A stretch of DNA of 64,000 bases from a virus (IMGVR_UViG_3300035208_001037:1232-65231); one strand, 5' to 3'. Counted from the stretch's first letter, positions 50,603 through 60,267 are shown. The notes: generated by a model from the sequence alone, not told the origin. Translations and numbers: made by a program.

Positions 50603-53026
50603 ATGGGAAATAATAAATTAATTTTAAGAACTTTAAATAGTCCATACCTTAACGATATAACTAGAAGTAAAATCCTAAGTTGGGACGATGTAGATAATAA
50701 CTTCATATATCTTAAAGGTTTAGGTGTATTATCTGGTTCAACAAGTGGAAATACTTTAACATTAACTAAATATGATGGTACTCAAATATTAACAGATTTA
50801 TCTAGTTTAGTACCTCAAAAAACTTTAGAATATTGGACATCAGGTTCTACTGGTGTTGGTTCTATTAAAACATCTTCTGGTGAAACAATATCTTTAGGTG
50901 ATTATTCAGTCGCTGAAGGTTATCAAACAACTGCTAGTGGTTCATCATCACATGCCGAAGGTAATTCAACACATGCGGTAGGTATAAATTCACACGCAGA
51001 AAATTATCAAACAACCGCAGTAGGTACAAATTCACATGCTGAAGGTAACAGTTCTTTAGCATCAGGCTCAAATGCACATGCTGAAGGTTATAATACAATT
51101 GCTAGTGGTAGTAATTCACACGCTGAAGGTAGTAATTCAACGGCTACTGGTGGTTATTCACATGCGGAAGGACAATCTATTGCAACGGGACAGGCATCAC
51201 ACTCTGAAGGTGCTTCTTACGCAATTGGTATAACATCACACTCTGAAGGTTATTATAGTAAAGCAACTGGTGATAATTCCCATGCTGAAGGTAATAATTC
51301 AACTAGTCTAGGTACTTCATCTCATGCTGAGGGTTCTTCAACTACAGCTAGTGGTCAAACTTCACACGCTGAAGGTACTTCAACAACAGCAATAGGTGAT
51401 AATTCACATGCTGAAGGTAATAGTAGTAAAGCCTATGGTTCAGCTTCGCATGCTGAAGGTTACCAAACAACTGCCAGTGGTAGTTTTTCACATAGTGAGG
51501 GTCAATACACAACAGCAAGTGGTGGTTTTTCACATGTAGAAGGACAATATACAAAAGCTAGTGGTAACACATCACATGCTGAAGGTTATATAACTACTGC
51601 TAGTGGTAATCAATCACATGCCGAAGGTACTCTATCAACAGCTAGTGGTTCTGAATCACATGCCGAAGGTAATGGTACAACTGCAAGTGGTAATCAATCA
51701 CATGCTGAGGGTAATCAAACAACTGCAAGTGGTGAATATTCACATGCCGAAGGGTTATATACATTAGCAAGTGGTTCCGCATCACATGCAGAAGGTTATA
51801 GTACAACAGCAAGTGGTACTAATTCTCATGCTGGTGGTACTAATTCACAATCATTAAGTAGTAATTCATTTGTGTTTGGTAATTCATTAATTATATATAA
51901 TGAAGGTTGTGATAATTCAGGCTTATTAGGTGGTCATGATTCATTCATACGTGGTGGTTCACAATCAGATATTATATTAGGTGGTTATAACCATAATATT
52001 AATATTTTAGTAGCTAATAGCTCAATTATTGGTGGTTATTATAATACAATGGGCGGTAGTACAACCGAAAGTTCAATTATTGGTGGTAATAATAATACAG
52101 TAAGAAATAGTAGTAGTAATTCTAGTATTTTAGGTGGTTATAATAATACTGTAAGTAATGGTTCACCAAATTCAAGTATTATTGGTGGTTATTATAATAC
52201 AATTCTTAATAGTTCTAATCAATGTTCAATTATTGGTGGTAATTATAATGTAATTAGTGGTGGTGGAATACAAAACACAATAATTTTAGGTGGTCAAAAT
52301 ATTAATGGTGTTAATAGTAATACTGTTTATGGTGTTAATGCTAATTTTACCACATATTATGGTGATGGTAGTAATTTAACTGGTATAAGTGGTGGTACTG
52401 GTGGTAGTGGTGAAACTAATACAGCATCTAATGTTGGTTCAGGTGTTGGTATCTATAAACAAAAAACTGGTGCTAATTTAGAATTTAGAAGTTTATCTGG
52501 TTGTAGTAACATAGATATTGTATCGGGTGATACAATAGGTATTAACACTAGATTAGGTATTAAAACTTACGCTATTTTTAATTCTAACCAAACACCCGGA
52601 ACATTATCTAATAGTGGTAGAACTTTTTGTACAGCAATAACCCCAGAGTTTAACTGTACAATTAATAACTTACAATTTTACAAAATCGGTGTTGGTACAT
52701 CAGCTTATGAATTAGGTGTTTATAATAGTTCGAAAGTGTTGCTTGGTAGAACTGGTGTTAATACCGTTTCAACAACTGGTTTAACAACATTTAATATTAC
52801 TGGTAATACAGTTAGTATGAGTGCTGGTGGGTTATATTATTATGGTATTTATGAAAGTGGTAGTACAATGCAAGCTTTAGTATATAATAGTAATATATTT
52901 AACTATGATGCAACTTTCACATTCCAAGACAGTAGTGGTAGTCCATCTAATACGGGTGTAATCCCAACAATAACAACATTTGCCACGTCAAATATTGCAA
53001 TTTGGATTAACGGGTTTTATAGGTAA
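50603..53026 (+). CDS. Tail fibre/adhesin with YadA-head-like SHAEG repeats and SSIIGG beta-helix repeats
   Basis: About 23 mostly 14-aa SHAEGxxTxAxG units, then about 7 17-aa NSSIIGGxxN units; YYGDGSNLTGI motif. Confidence 0.85.
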   Translation: MGNNKLILRTLNSPYLNDITRSKILSWDDVDNNFIYLKGLGVLSGSTSGNTLTLTKYDGTQILTDLSSLVPQKTLEYWTSGSTGVGSIKTSSGETISLGDYSVAEGYQTTASGSSSHAEGNSTHAVGINSHAENYQTTAVGTNSHAEGNSSLASGSNAHAEGYNTIASGSNSHAEGSNSTATGGYSHAEGQSIATGQASHSEGASYAIGITSHSEGYYSKATGDNSHAEGNNSTSLGTSSHAEGSSTTASGQTSHAEGTSTTAIGDNSHAEGNSSKAYGSASHAEGYQTTASGSFSHSEGQYTTASGGFSHVEGQYTKASGNTSHAEGYITTASGNQSHAEGTLSTASGSESHAEGNGTTASGNQSHAEGNQTTASGEYSHAEGLYTLASGSASHAEGYSTTASGTNSHAGGTNSQSLSSNSFVFGNSLIIYNEGCDNSGLLGGHDSFIRGGSQSDIILGGYNHNINILVANSSIIGGYYNTMGGSTTESSIIGGNNNTVRNSSSNSSILGGYNNTVSNGSPNSSIIGGYYNTILNSSNQCSIIGGNYNVISGGGIQNTIILGGQNINGVNSNTVYGVNANFTTYYGDGSNLTGISGGTGGSGETNTASNVGSGVGIYKQKTGANLEFRSLSGCSNIDIVSGDTIGINTRLGIKTYAIFNSNQTPGTLSNSGRTFCTAITPEFNCTINNLQFYKIGVGTSAYELGVYNSSKVLLGRTGVNTVSTTGLTTFNITGNTVSMSAGGLYYYGIYESGSTMQALVYNSNIFNYDATFTFQDSSGSPSNTGVIPTITTFATSNIAIWINGFYR
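50900..51860 (+). repeat. Tandem 42-nt coding repeats (SHAEG)
   Basis: Recurrent TCACATGCTGAAGGT-like units. Confidence 0.9.
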
Positions 53027-53049
53027 TAACAATGATTAATATATAAGAT

Positions 53050-53424
53050 ATGGATTTTTTTATAAACAAAAACTCAACATTACCAATATTAGTAATGGAA
53101 CTTATTCAAGATGGAAGAAATGATTATAAAGTATTTAATGAATTAATTCAAAATGCTAATATAACATTCTCCATGGTTGATGTTGAAACTGGTATTAGAA
53201 AAGTATCTAGACAAACCGCATCATGTGAATTAAAAGACGCATGTGTGGATTGTCCAGAAGAATACTATGTTATTTACCAATGGAAACCTAAAGATGTTAA
53301 TAGAGTGGGTACATATAAAGCTGAATTCACTTTTGAATTTCTAGATGGTTCAGGTACACTAATAGCACCGATTAGAGAGGATTTACTCATACATATTAGA
53401 GATGGTGCGATAAGTAGTTGTTAA
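53050..53424 (+). CDS. BppU-like baseplate/fibre attachment protein
   Basis: ITFSMVD...VIYQWKPKDVNRVGTYKAEFTF. Confidence 0.65.
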   Translation: MDFFINKNSTLPILVMELIQDGRNDYKVFNELIQNANITFSMVDVETGIRKVSRQTASCELKDACVDCPEEYYVIYQWKPKDVNRVGTYKAEFTFEFLDGSGTLIAPIREDLLIHIRDGAISSC

Positions 53425-53471
53425 AAATAATTACGATTTTACTTGATTTATGCTAAAATATTTAGTATTTT

Positions 53472-53500
53472 TAAGCTTTATGCGATTAGCATAAAGCTTA
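53472..53500 (+). terminator. Hairpin between 53424 and polB
   Basis: TAAGCTTTATGC-GATTA-GCATAAAGCTTA. Confidence 0.65.
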
Positions 53501-53567
53501 TTTTATTTTCGGGATTTTACTTGATTTTCTAAAATTTATTCTATAATTTTGTTAAAAATATGAAAAT

Positions 53568-56500
53568 ATGGAAATTGATGTAAGTAAAGAAGCAATTGGT
53601 AAATTTTTAGAGGGTAGAAACCCCCAAAAATACATAGTTGGTGTTGAGGCAACTTATTATAGTAATAAAGTTGATTTAATTATTAATGACCCAAAACGAG
53701 GTAAATATATCGTGACTGATACATTTAAACCTTTTATTTGGATGAAGCATGATGCCGGTAAACTATTATACGGTGGTGATAGAAATTTAACGAGACAAAA
53801 ACTAACTGAGTCTAAAATATTCTTAGAAATATTAAGAGTTAAAAATGATGCTGGTAGTACACCAAAAAGATTAGAAGACGGTTATAAATATTTATTAACT
53901 GGTAGTGGTTCTTACCAACAATTATTAAAATTTTTCGAAGATGGTGGTGTAGATGTTTTTGGCGAACATAAAGAATACTTTATGACATTACCACCAACTG
54001 AACAATTTCTTATCCAATCAGGTAAACGTTTATTTAAAGGGTTTGAAGATTATAACGATATTCATAGATTACAATTCGATATTGAAACCACTGGTTTAGA
54101 CGCAAATAAAGAAAAAACATTTTTAATTGGTATTAAAGATAATCGTGGTTACGAAAGAGTTTTAAATGTTAAAGGTAATACACCACAAGAATTAAAATTA
54201 TCTGAAATTAAAGCAATTGCTGATTTTTTTAAAATTGTAGATGAACTTAAACCAGATATCATAGCTGGATATAATTCAGAAAACTTTGACTTTAGTTTTT
54301 TAAATACTAGATGTGAGAGATTAGGTTATGAAATGAAGAATTTTTCAAAAACCTTAAATGAGGATAAAAAACTATATTTCAAAAAAGATTCAACACTTAA
54401 ATTAGGTGCTGAAACAGAATATTATAATCAAACGATTATGTGGGGTTATAATGTTATAGATATCGCACATGCTGTTAGAAAAGCTCAAGCTATTAACTCA
54501 TCTATTAAAAAATGGGGCCTTAAATACATTACTAAATTTTCTGGTATCGCTAAACCTAATCGTGTTTATGTTCCCGGTGATATAATTTATAAAACTTGGG
54601 CAGATAAAGAAAATCAATATGCTATTAATAAAGAAAATGGTGAGTGGTATAAAATAACAGAAAAAAAACCATTGAGTGATGGTTATGAAATAACAACCGG
54701 TGATTTAATAGTAAACCAATATTTATTAGATGACCTTTGGGAAACAGAACAAATAGATTATATCTATAATCAAGCATCATTCTTATTATCTAAAATTTTA
54801 CCAACTACATATGCTAAGAGTTCTACTATGGGTACTGCATCCATTTGGAAATTAATTATGTGTGCTTGGTCATACGAAAAAAAATTAGGTGTTCCAGCTT
54901 TAGAGCCTAAAAGAGAATTTACTGGTGGTTTATCTAGATTATTAGAAGTTGGGTTTGCTAAAAATGTTGGTAAACTCGATTATGCTGCACTATATCCTAA
55001 TACAGAGATAACACATAACATATCACCGGAGTTAGATATTACTAATGCAATGATTAATATGTTATTATATATTGCTGAAAGTCGTGATGAATTCAAAGAA
55101 TTAAAGAATATCAACGCTGAATTAGCTGCGATGGAAAAGGACCCAACTAAGAAAAAAGAGTATGATGCTCTTAAGAGTCTTTATGATAAAAAACAATTAC
55201 CGCTTAAAATTCTTGCTAACTCATTCTTTGGTTCATTTGGTGCACCATATCTATTTCCATGGGGTGATACTGATTGTGCTGAAGAAACAACATGTAGAGG
55301 TAGACAATATCTACGTTTAATGGTAAAATTCTTTACCGATAGAGGTTTTAGAGCGTTGGTAATGGATACTGATGGTGTTAACTTTGCTATACCAGAAGAT
55401 ATAGATACTATAACATATGTTTCAGATGGTACACATAGATTTAATAAAGCCGGTCAAGAATATACTGGATTATCAGCTGTGGTAGCCGAATTTAATGATT
55501 TGTATATGGAAGGTCGTATGGGTCTAGATGTTGATGAGGTTGCGTTAGCTACAATAAACTTCGCTAGAAAGAACTATGCTGATTTACTAGTAGATAAAAA
55601 AGGTAAAACAACTGTTAAGTTAGTTGGTAATACAATTAAATCTAAAAAAATGCCGGGTTATATCGAAGATTTCTTAGATGTAGCTGTTGAATTATTATTA
55701 AATAATAACGGTTATGAGTTTATAGAAAAATATTACGAACATGTTGAAAAAATCTATACTTATCAAATACCATTAGTTAAAATAGCATCTAAAGGTAGGG
55801 TTAAATATACTATGGCTGCTTATAATGCTAGAACACTTAAAAAGAATAAAGCTGGTAATCCATTACCAAAACAAGCACACATGGAATTATTACTTAATGC
55901 TGGTTTATCACCAGATTTAGGTGAAATGGTTTACTATGTTAATACTGGTACTATAAAATCTGATGGTGATTTAAAAACAGTTACGATTGGTAAATTATCT
56001 AAAAAGGAAGAAAAAGAATATTTCATTAAAAATGGTCATTACCCTAAATACGAAAAGGAAATTATTTTGAATTGTAAATTAATTCCTAAAGACCAAATAG
56101 AAAATGACCCAGATTTAACTACTGACGAATATAATGTTCCAAAATATCTATCAGCATTTAATAAAAGAATCGAACCACTATTAGTTTGTTTTCATCCTGA
56201 CATTAGAGAGAAAATCATGATTGATATGATTAAAGATAAACAAACAAAAAAATTAGTGTTACAAGAAAGACAATATTTCACTAAAAAACAAGCTGAATTG
56301 TGTGCTGGTATGCCTTATGAAACTAAGGACCAAGATACATACGAGGATTTGATGAGAATGGAAGATAAAGAAATTTATTTCTGGACTAAAATGGAACCTA
56401 GAGGTATTGTACCAAATCATATTTCTAAAGAAGATTGGGAATCATTAAAATTAGATTATCTAAAAAGAATGAGGGAAAAACGTATTAATGATTCTAAAAT

Positions 56501-57137
56501 AGAATTAATTAATTTAGATAAAGCTCTTAGAAAATTAGAAGTTGCTGATTTAGATAAAATAAAAGAAACTGGTAAAATACCGGATGATATTAAAAATATT
56601 GTTACACCTAAAATGGCTGATAATGAAATATATTTCATGTCTAAAACTCTAACAGATGATTTAGTTACTTGTCTCACAGCTGTTAATTATGGTTTAATTG
56701 GTGATGTGTTATTCAAATTCGAAGAAGAATCTATTAAACGTGCTGAATATTATAAAACATTAGATTTAGAAAAATATTCTAAAGAAAACCTTTCATTATA
56801 TGAAATGTGGTTAGAATATTTAGGTGAAAAAGTTGAAATTGAAGAAGAAATTAAAGCAACTGTAAAAAGAAATAAAAAGAAAACTGATGATGATAACTCT
56901 GAAGAAGAATTAATAGAAGAAGATGATGATAACCCAGATGATTTAGAACCTAACGAACCAGAAGTAGAAATTATTATACCGTTAGAAATTTTAAACCGTA
57001 AGGGTTCTCCAATTAAAATTCACGAAAGAACTGAAGATTTAAATGAATCTGATTTAATAACTAATGAAACTTCTAATGAAACTTCTAATGATATTATTGA
57101 AGTTCAAGAAGAAGAAGATGATGAATGGAATTTTTAA
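53568..57137 (+). CDS. polB: Family-B DNA polymerase with 3'-5' exonuclease and acidic C-terminal tail
   Basis: FDIETTG, GYNSENFD, YLLDD; DYAALYP, KILANSFFG, MDTDG. Confidence 0.95.
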   Translation: MEIDVSKEAIGKFLEGRNPQKYIVGVEATYYSNKVDLIINDPKRGKYIVTDTFKPFIWMKHDAGKLLYGGDRNLTRQKLTESKIFLEILRVKNDAGSTPKRLEDGYKYLLTGSGSYQQLLKFFEDGGVDVFGEHKEYFMTLPPTEQFLIQSGKRLFKGFEDYNDIHRLQFDIETTGLDANKEKTFLIGIKDNRGYERVLNVKGNTPQELKLSEIKAIADFFKIVDELKPDIIAGYNSENFDFSFLNTRCERLGYEMKNFSKTLNEDKKLYFKKDSTLKLGAETEYYNQTIMWGYNVIDIAHAVRKAQAINSSIKKWGLKYITKFSGIAKPNRVYVPGDIIYKTWADKENQYAINKENGEWYKITEKKPLSDGYEITTGDLIVNQYLLDDLWETEQIDYIYNQASFLLSKILPTTYAKSSTMGTASIWKLIMCAWSYEKKLGVPALEPKREFTGGLSRLLEVGFAKNVGKLDYAALYPNTEITHNISPELDITNAMINMLLYIAESRDEFKELKNINAELAAMEKDPTKKKEYDALKSLYDKKQLPLKILANSFFGSFGAPYLFPWGDTDCAEETTCRGRQYLRLMVKFFTDRGFRALVMDTDGVNFAIPEDIDTITYVSDGTHRFNKAGQEYTGLSAVVAEFNDLYMEGRMGLDVDEVALATINFARKNYADLLVDKKGKTTVKLVGNTIKSKKMPGYIEDFLDVAVELLLNNNGYEFIEKYYEHVEKIYTYQIPLVKIASKGRVKYTMAAYNARTLKKNKAGNPLPKQAHMELLLNAGLSPDLGEMVYYVNTGTIKSDGDLKTVTIGKLSKKEEKEYFIKNGHYPKYEKEIILNCKLIPKDQIENDPDLTTDEYNVPKYLSAFNKRIEPLLVCFHPDIREKIMIDMIKDKQTKKLVLQERQYFTKKQAELCAGMPYETKDQDTYEDLMRMEDKEIYFWTKMEPRGIVPNHISKEDWESLKLDYLKRMREKRINDSKIELINLDKALRKLEVADLDKIKETGKIPDDIKNIVTPKMADNEIYFMSKTLTDDLVTCLTAVNYGLIGDVLFKFEEESIKRAEYYKTLDLEKYSKENLSLYEMWLEYLGEKVEIEEEIKATVKRNKKKTDDDNSEEELIEEDDDNPDDLEPNEPEVEIIIPLEILNRKGSPIKIHERTEDLNESDLITNETSNETSNDIIEVQEEEDDEWNF

Positions 57138-57141
57138 AAAT

Positions 57142-57170
57142 AAAAAAGGGAGTTTAAACTCCCTTTTTTT
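57142..57170. terminator. Bidirectional terminator between convergent polB and neck gene
   Basis: AAAAAAGGGAGTTTAAACTCCCTTTTTTT. Confidence 0.88.
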
Positions 57171-57177
57171 ATATTAT

Positions 57178-58347
57178 TTAATATGTAAACATACCTAACG
57201 GTCTATAAAACATAGCTTTATTTATGTTTTCAGCTTTAATAGCAGCTTTTTCTAATTGTGCATCGGCAGATAAACGTAATAATCTTGCGTCTAATCTTTC
57301 AAGAACAGCTTTCCTTTCTTCATTACCTTCACTTAATAATGATTCATATTCCATAGTTAAATCAGCTTCAGGTACTTTAAGAGTACCGCTATATTTACCT
57401 CTAATTCTACCTAACGTTCTTTTACATTCAGCAACTAATAATTGTCTAACCAATGTTTTAGTTGGTTCATTTAAATCATCAAAATTTAATCTATCAAGTG
57501 GTACCTCATTAGGTAATTTAATAATATCTTTATTAGCTTTTCTACATTCATCTATATTTCCGGGATTAGTATCATAATAAAAATACCATACTTTAGAACC
57601 AGCGATACCTATACCACTACCCATACCACCTGTTTGGCTAGCACCACCCATACCAAATGTTAATTTTGACCCCGGTGTTGACATTAAATGTAATAACCTA
57701 GTACCATCAGGTCCGGCTGTTACTTTATATGTTAAATCACTTCTTAATAATCTATTTTTTAAATTAATATCTGATGCTGTTAATAAAACATCAAATGCTG
57801 GTGCAATATAATAACCTTGTTTACTACCATTACCATACCCACCTTGATTACCACCATACCCAGTTCCCATTTGTGCTGAACCACCACCAAAACCACCATC
57901 AGTACCAACACCACCATAATTTGCAAATAATGCTTGTGCTGTTGATGACGGGGTAAACCATAAAACTTCATTCATTTCTCTACCAGCTGGTATTTGATAA
58001 ACTTGTCTACCGGGTTCTATTTCAACATAATCCTTTTTAAGTTCCCATGGACCTCTTTGTTGTAGACCTACTTGTTTAGAATACGCATATGTGAATTGAC
58101 TTTCATAATCAATAGACCTCGTTGTTAAGGCGAATGCAATATCTGTATTAGTTGCACTATGACCTAATAAAGATGTCCATTGATGTTCAATTAACCATTC
58201 TTGTACGTATTGAGCATAATCTTCAATAGCTATCTCTAATAAAGTACACATAATATCTTCAGTTAATTCTATTTGTCTAATTGGTGAACCTAACGAATGT
58301 TTTACATGTCTAAATAATCTATCTTGTTCTGTTTTACTTGCTCCCAT
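57178..58347 (-). CDS. Neck protein (T4 gp13-like)
   Basis: SLGSPIRQIEL...AIEDY; CKRTLGRIRGKYSG...LLSEGNEE. Confidence 0.8.
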   Translation of the reverse strand: MGASKTEQDRLFRHVKHSLGSPIRQIELTEDIMCTLLEIAIEDYAQYVQEWLIEHQWTSLLGHSATNTDIAFALTTRSIDYESQFTYAYSKQVGLQQRGPWELKKDYVEIEPGRQVYQIPAGREMNEVLWFTPSSTAQALFANYGGVGTDGGFGGGSAQMGTGYGGNQGGYGNGSKQGYYIAPAFDVLLTASDINLKNRLLRSDLTYKVTAGPDGTRLLHLMSTPGSKLTFGMGGASQTGGMGSGIGIAGSKVWYFYYDTNPGNIDECRKANKDIIKLPNEVPLDRLNFDDLNEPTKTLVRQLLVAECKRTLGRIRGKYSGTLKVPEADLTMEYESLLSEGNEERKAVLERLDARLLRLSADAQLEKAAIKAENINKAMFYRPLGMFTY

Positions 58348-58385
58348 ATTATTTTATTTAATTTTTTTATAATTTTACTTCATAT

Positions 58386-58397
58386 ATAAATATTTAT
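58386..58397. promoter_or_regulatory. Palindromic ATAAATATTTAT: late motif on both strands between divergent genes
   Basis: Perfect 12-bp palindrome made of two overlapping ATATTTAT motifs. Confidence 0.6.
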
Positions 58398-58402
58398 AAA
58401 TA

Positions 58403-58717
58403 ATGGAAACAAAAAAAGATATAAAACAAAAAATGCGTGAAGGTTTAGGTTCTCACGATAGAAGTATTGTAGTTACCGGTATTTTAAATTCTGCAGCTGA
58501 ACATATTAATAATGCTTTTAGAGATTTAGCTAACGCAATACAATATATTGAGGATGATAAATTAAAAAAAGCTGTTGAAGAAGTAAAAGAATTAATTAGT
58601 CATGAAATTCAGACAAATAAAGTATTTGCTGATGATAAACAAACTATACTGAGTAAAATTAAAGTTATATTAAACTATTTAAAACCAGATAAAGGTAGTG
58701 ATATGTATACCGAATAA
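58403..58717 (+). CDS. Hypothetical helical protein
   Basis: 104-aa ORF. Confidence 0.7.
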   Translation: METKKDIKQKMREGLGSHDRSIVVTGILNSAAEHINNAFRDLANAIQYIEDDKLKKAVEEVKELISHEIQTNKVFADDKQTILSKIKVILNYLKPDKGSDMYTE

Positions 58718-58721
58718 TTAG

Positions 58722-58973
58722 TTACAGTAATTTTTTAATTAAATCAAAAGCCTCTTCAATTTTATTAAACGATATTTCGGGAACTAAAATATTTTTACCT
58801 ACAACTATTGTAGGAACATTTAATGAGTTAGTTACTTTTGATAATGCTCTAAATTTATCGTCATTTTCAGTCGAATCACCGTTAATTTCGTGATATTCTA
58901 TATTAGCATCATCTAATAATTTTTTAATCTTATTACAATACGGGCAACTACTTAATGTATAAATTTTAATCAT
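58722..58973 (-). CDS. Glutaredoxin
   Basis: IYTLSSCPYC, NVPTIVVG. Confidence 0.9.
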   Translation of the reverse strand: MIKIYTLSSCPYCNKIKKLLDDANIEYHEINGDSTENDDKFRALSKVTNSLNVPTIVVGKNILVPEISFNKIEEAFDLIKKLL

Positions 58974-59014
58974 ATTTTACAAAATAATAAATTTTAATTA
59001 TTTGTCAAGTTTAT

Positions 59015-59042
59015 TTGACTTTTTAAATATTATCAATATATT
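59015..59042 (+). promoter_or_regulatory. Early-type promoter TTGACT-N16-TATATT (overlaps ATATTTAT)
   Basis: TTGACT 59015-59020, TATATT 59037-59042. Confidence 0.55.
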
Positions 59043-59093
59043 TATATATGGGAACAATGTTACCACAAATAATACAAAAATAAGTAAATAATT

Positions 59094-59651
59094 ATGAAAG
59101 AAGATGAAATTAAAATTAGAATAAACACAAATATAAAAATGGATTTTCAATATATATGTGAAAAAGAGTGTGTTACAATGTCTAATAAAATAAATGAATT
59201 TATTATTAAAGAAGTTAATTTAAATAAAATTAAAACACTTGAAAATAGAGTTATAACACAAAAACTAATTAAATTTGGTGTTATGAATGGTAATGGTAGA
59301 TTATACTTAAAATATTCTTTTACCGATATTAAACTTGATGATGATGGTTTAGAAATTACTGAGCTTGAAAGATTAAATTGTAAAGTATTATATGGTCAAT
59401 ATGGGCATCCAGATGGTGATATTGTTATACATAAATATAATGCAACACATTCAATTAATAATATAAGAATTGATGGTGAATGGTTAATAGGAGATATAAC
59501 AATAATAAATGATTCTATTATACCAATATTAGATAAATTAGTTTTCAGGCCAAGGTCATATGGTACCGTAGATGAAAATGGTACTGTAAAAGATTTAGAA
59601 ATAATAAGTTTTGACGCAATATTAATATCTGAAGATAAATTTATTATTTAA
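59094..59651 (+). CDS. Ribbon-helix-helix domain fused to a degenerate prohead-protease paralogue
   Basis: EIKIRI...F...C......MS..IN.FI (RHH-like); NGNGRLY, GQYGHPD, THSINNI, RPRSYG, EIISFDAI align with the 11850 protease. Confidence 0.75.
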   Translation: MKEDEIKIRINTNIKMDFQYICEKECVTMSNKINEFIIKEVNLNKIKTLENRVITQKLIKFGVMNGNGRLYLKYSFTDIKLDDDGLEITELERLNCKVLYGQYGHPDGDIVIHKYNATHSINNIRIDGEWLIGDITIINDSIIPILDKLVFRPRSYGTVDENGTVKDLEIISFDAILISEDKFII

Positions 59652-59652
59652 T

Positions 59653-60267
59653 ATGGAATATAAAATATGTGGTAAATGTGGAATTGAAAAGGTTTTATGT
59701 GATTTTCATAAAAATAAATATGGTCAATATGGTGTACATAGTGTGTGTAAAAAATGTAAAAACCAATATAAAAAAGAATATCGTGAAAAAAATAAAAACG
59801 AAATTAATATTAAGAATAAAGAATATGAAAAGAAAAATAGTGAAAAAATTAAAATTAGAAAGAAGAAATATCATTCTAGGGAAAATGTTAAATATATGGA
59901 TAATGAACGAATGAAGAAATTTTATAAAGATAATCCACATATTAGGGTTTGGAGGGACTTAATATACATGACACTTAAAAGTTTTGGTAAGTCTAAAGAA
60001 GGTCATACTATCGATTTATTAGGTTATTCAGCTTTAGAACTTAAAGAACACATTGAAAAACAATTTACAGAAGGTATGAGTTGGAATAATCATGGCGAAT
60101 GGCATATTGACCATATAAAACAAATTATTTCATTTAATAAAGGTACAGAACCAAGGATTGTTAATGCTTTATCAAATTTAAGACCTTTATGGGCAACTAC
60201 AAGAGAAATTAATGGTATAGTATATGAAGGTAATTTAAATAGACCTAAGTATCAAAAGAGTTTATAA
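59653..60267 (+). CDS. Free-standing HNH endonuclease with N-terminal Cys4 zinc finger
   Basis: CGKC...CKKC; GMSWNNHGEWHIDHIK...ALSNLRPLWATTREING. Confidence 0.85.
   Translation: MEYKICGKCGIEKVLCDFHKNKYGQYGVHSVCKKCKNQYKKEYREKNKNEINIKNKEYEKKNSEKIKIRKKKYHSRENVKYMDNERMKKFYKDNPHIRVWRDLIYMTLKSFGKSKEGHTIDLLGYSALELKEHIEKQFTEGMSWNNHGEWHIDHIKQIISFNKGTEPRIVNALSNLRPLWATTREINGIVYEGNLNRPKYQKSL

Noticed and set aside
50900-52310. CRISPR-like array
   Set aside because: Repeats are degenerate, in-frame protein repeats without unique spacers.
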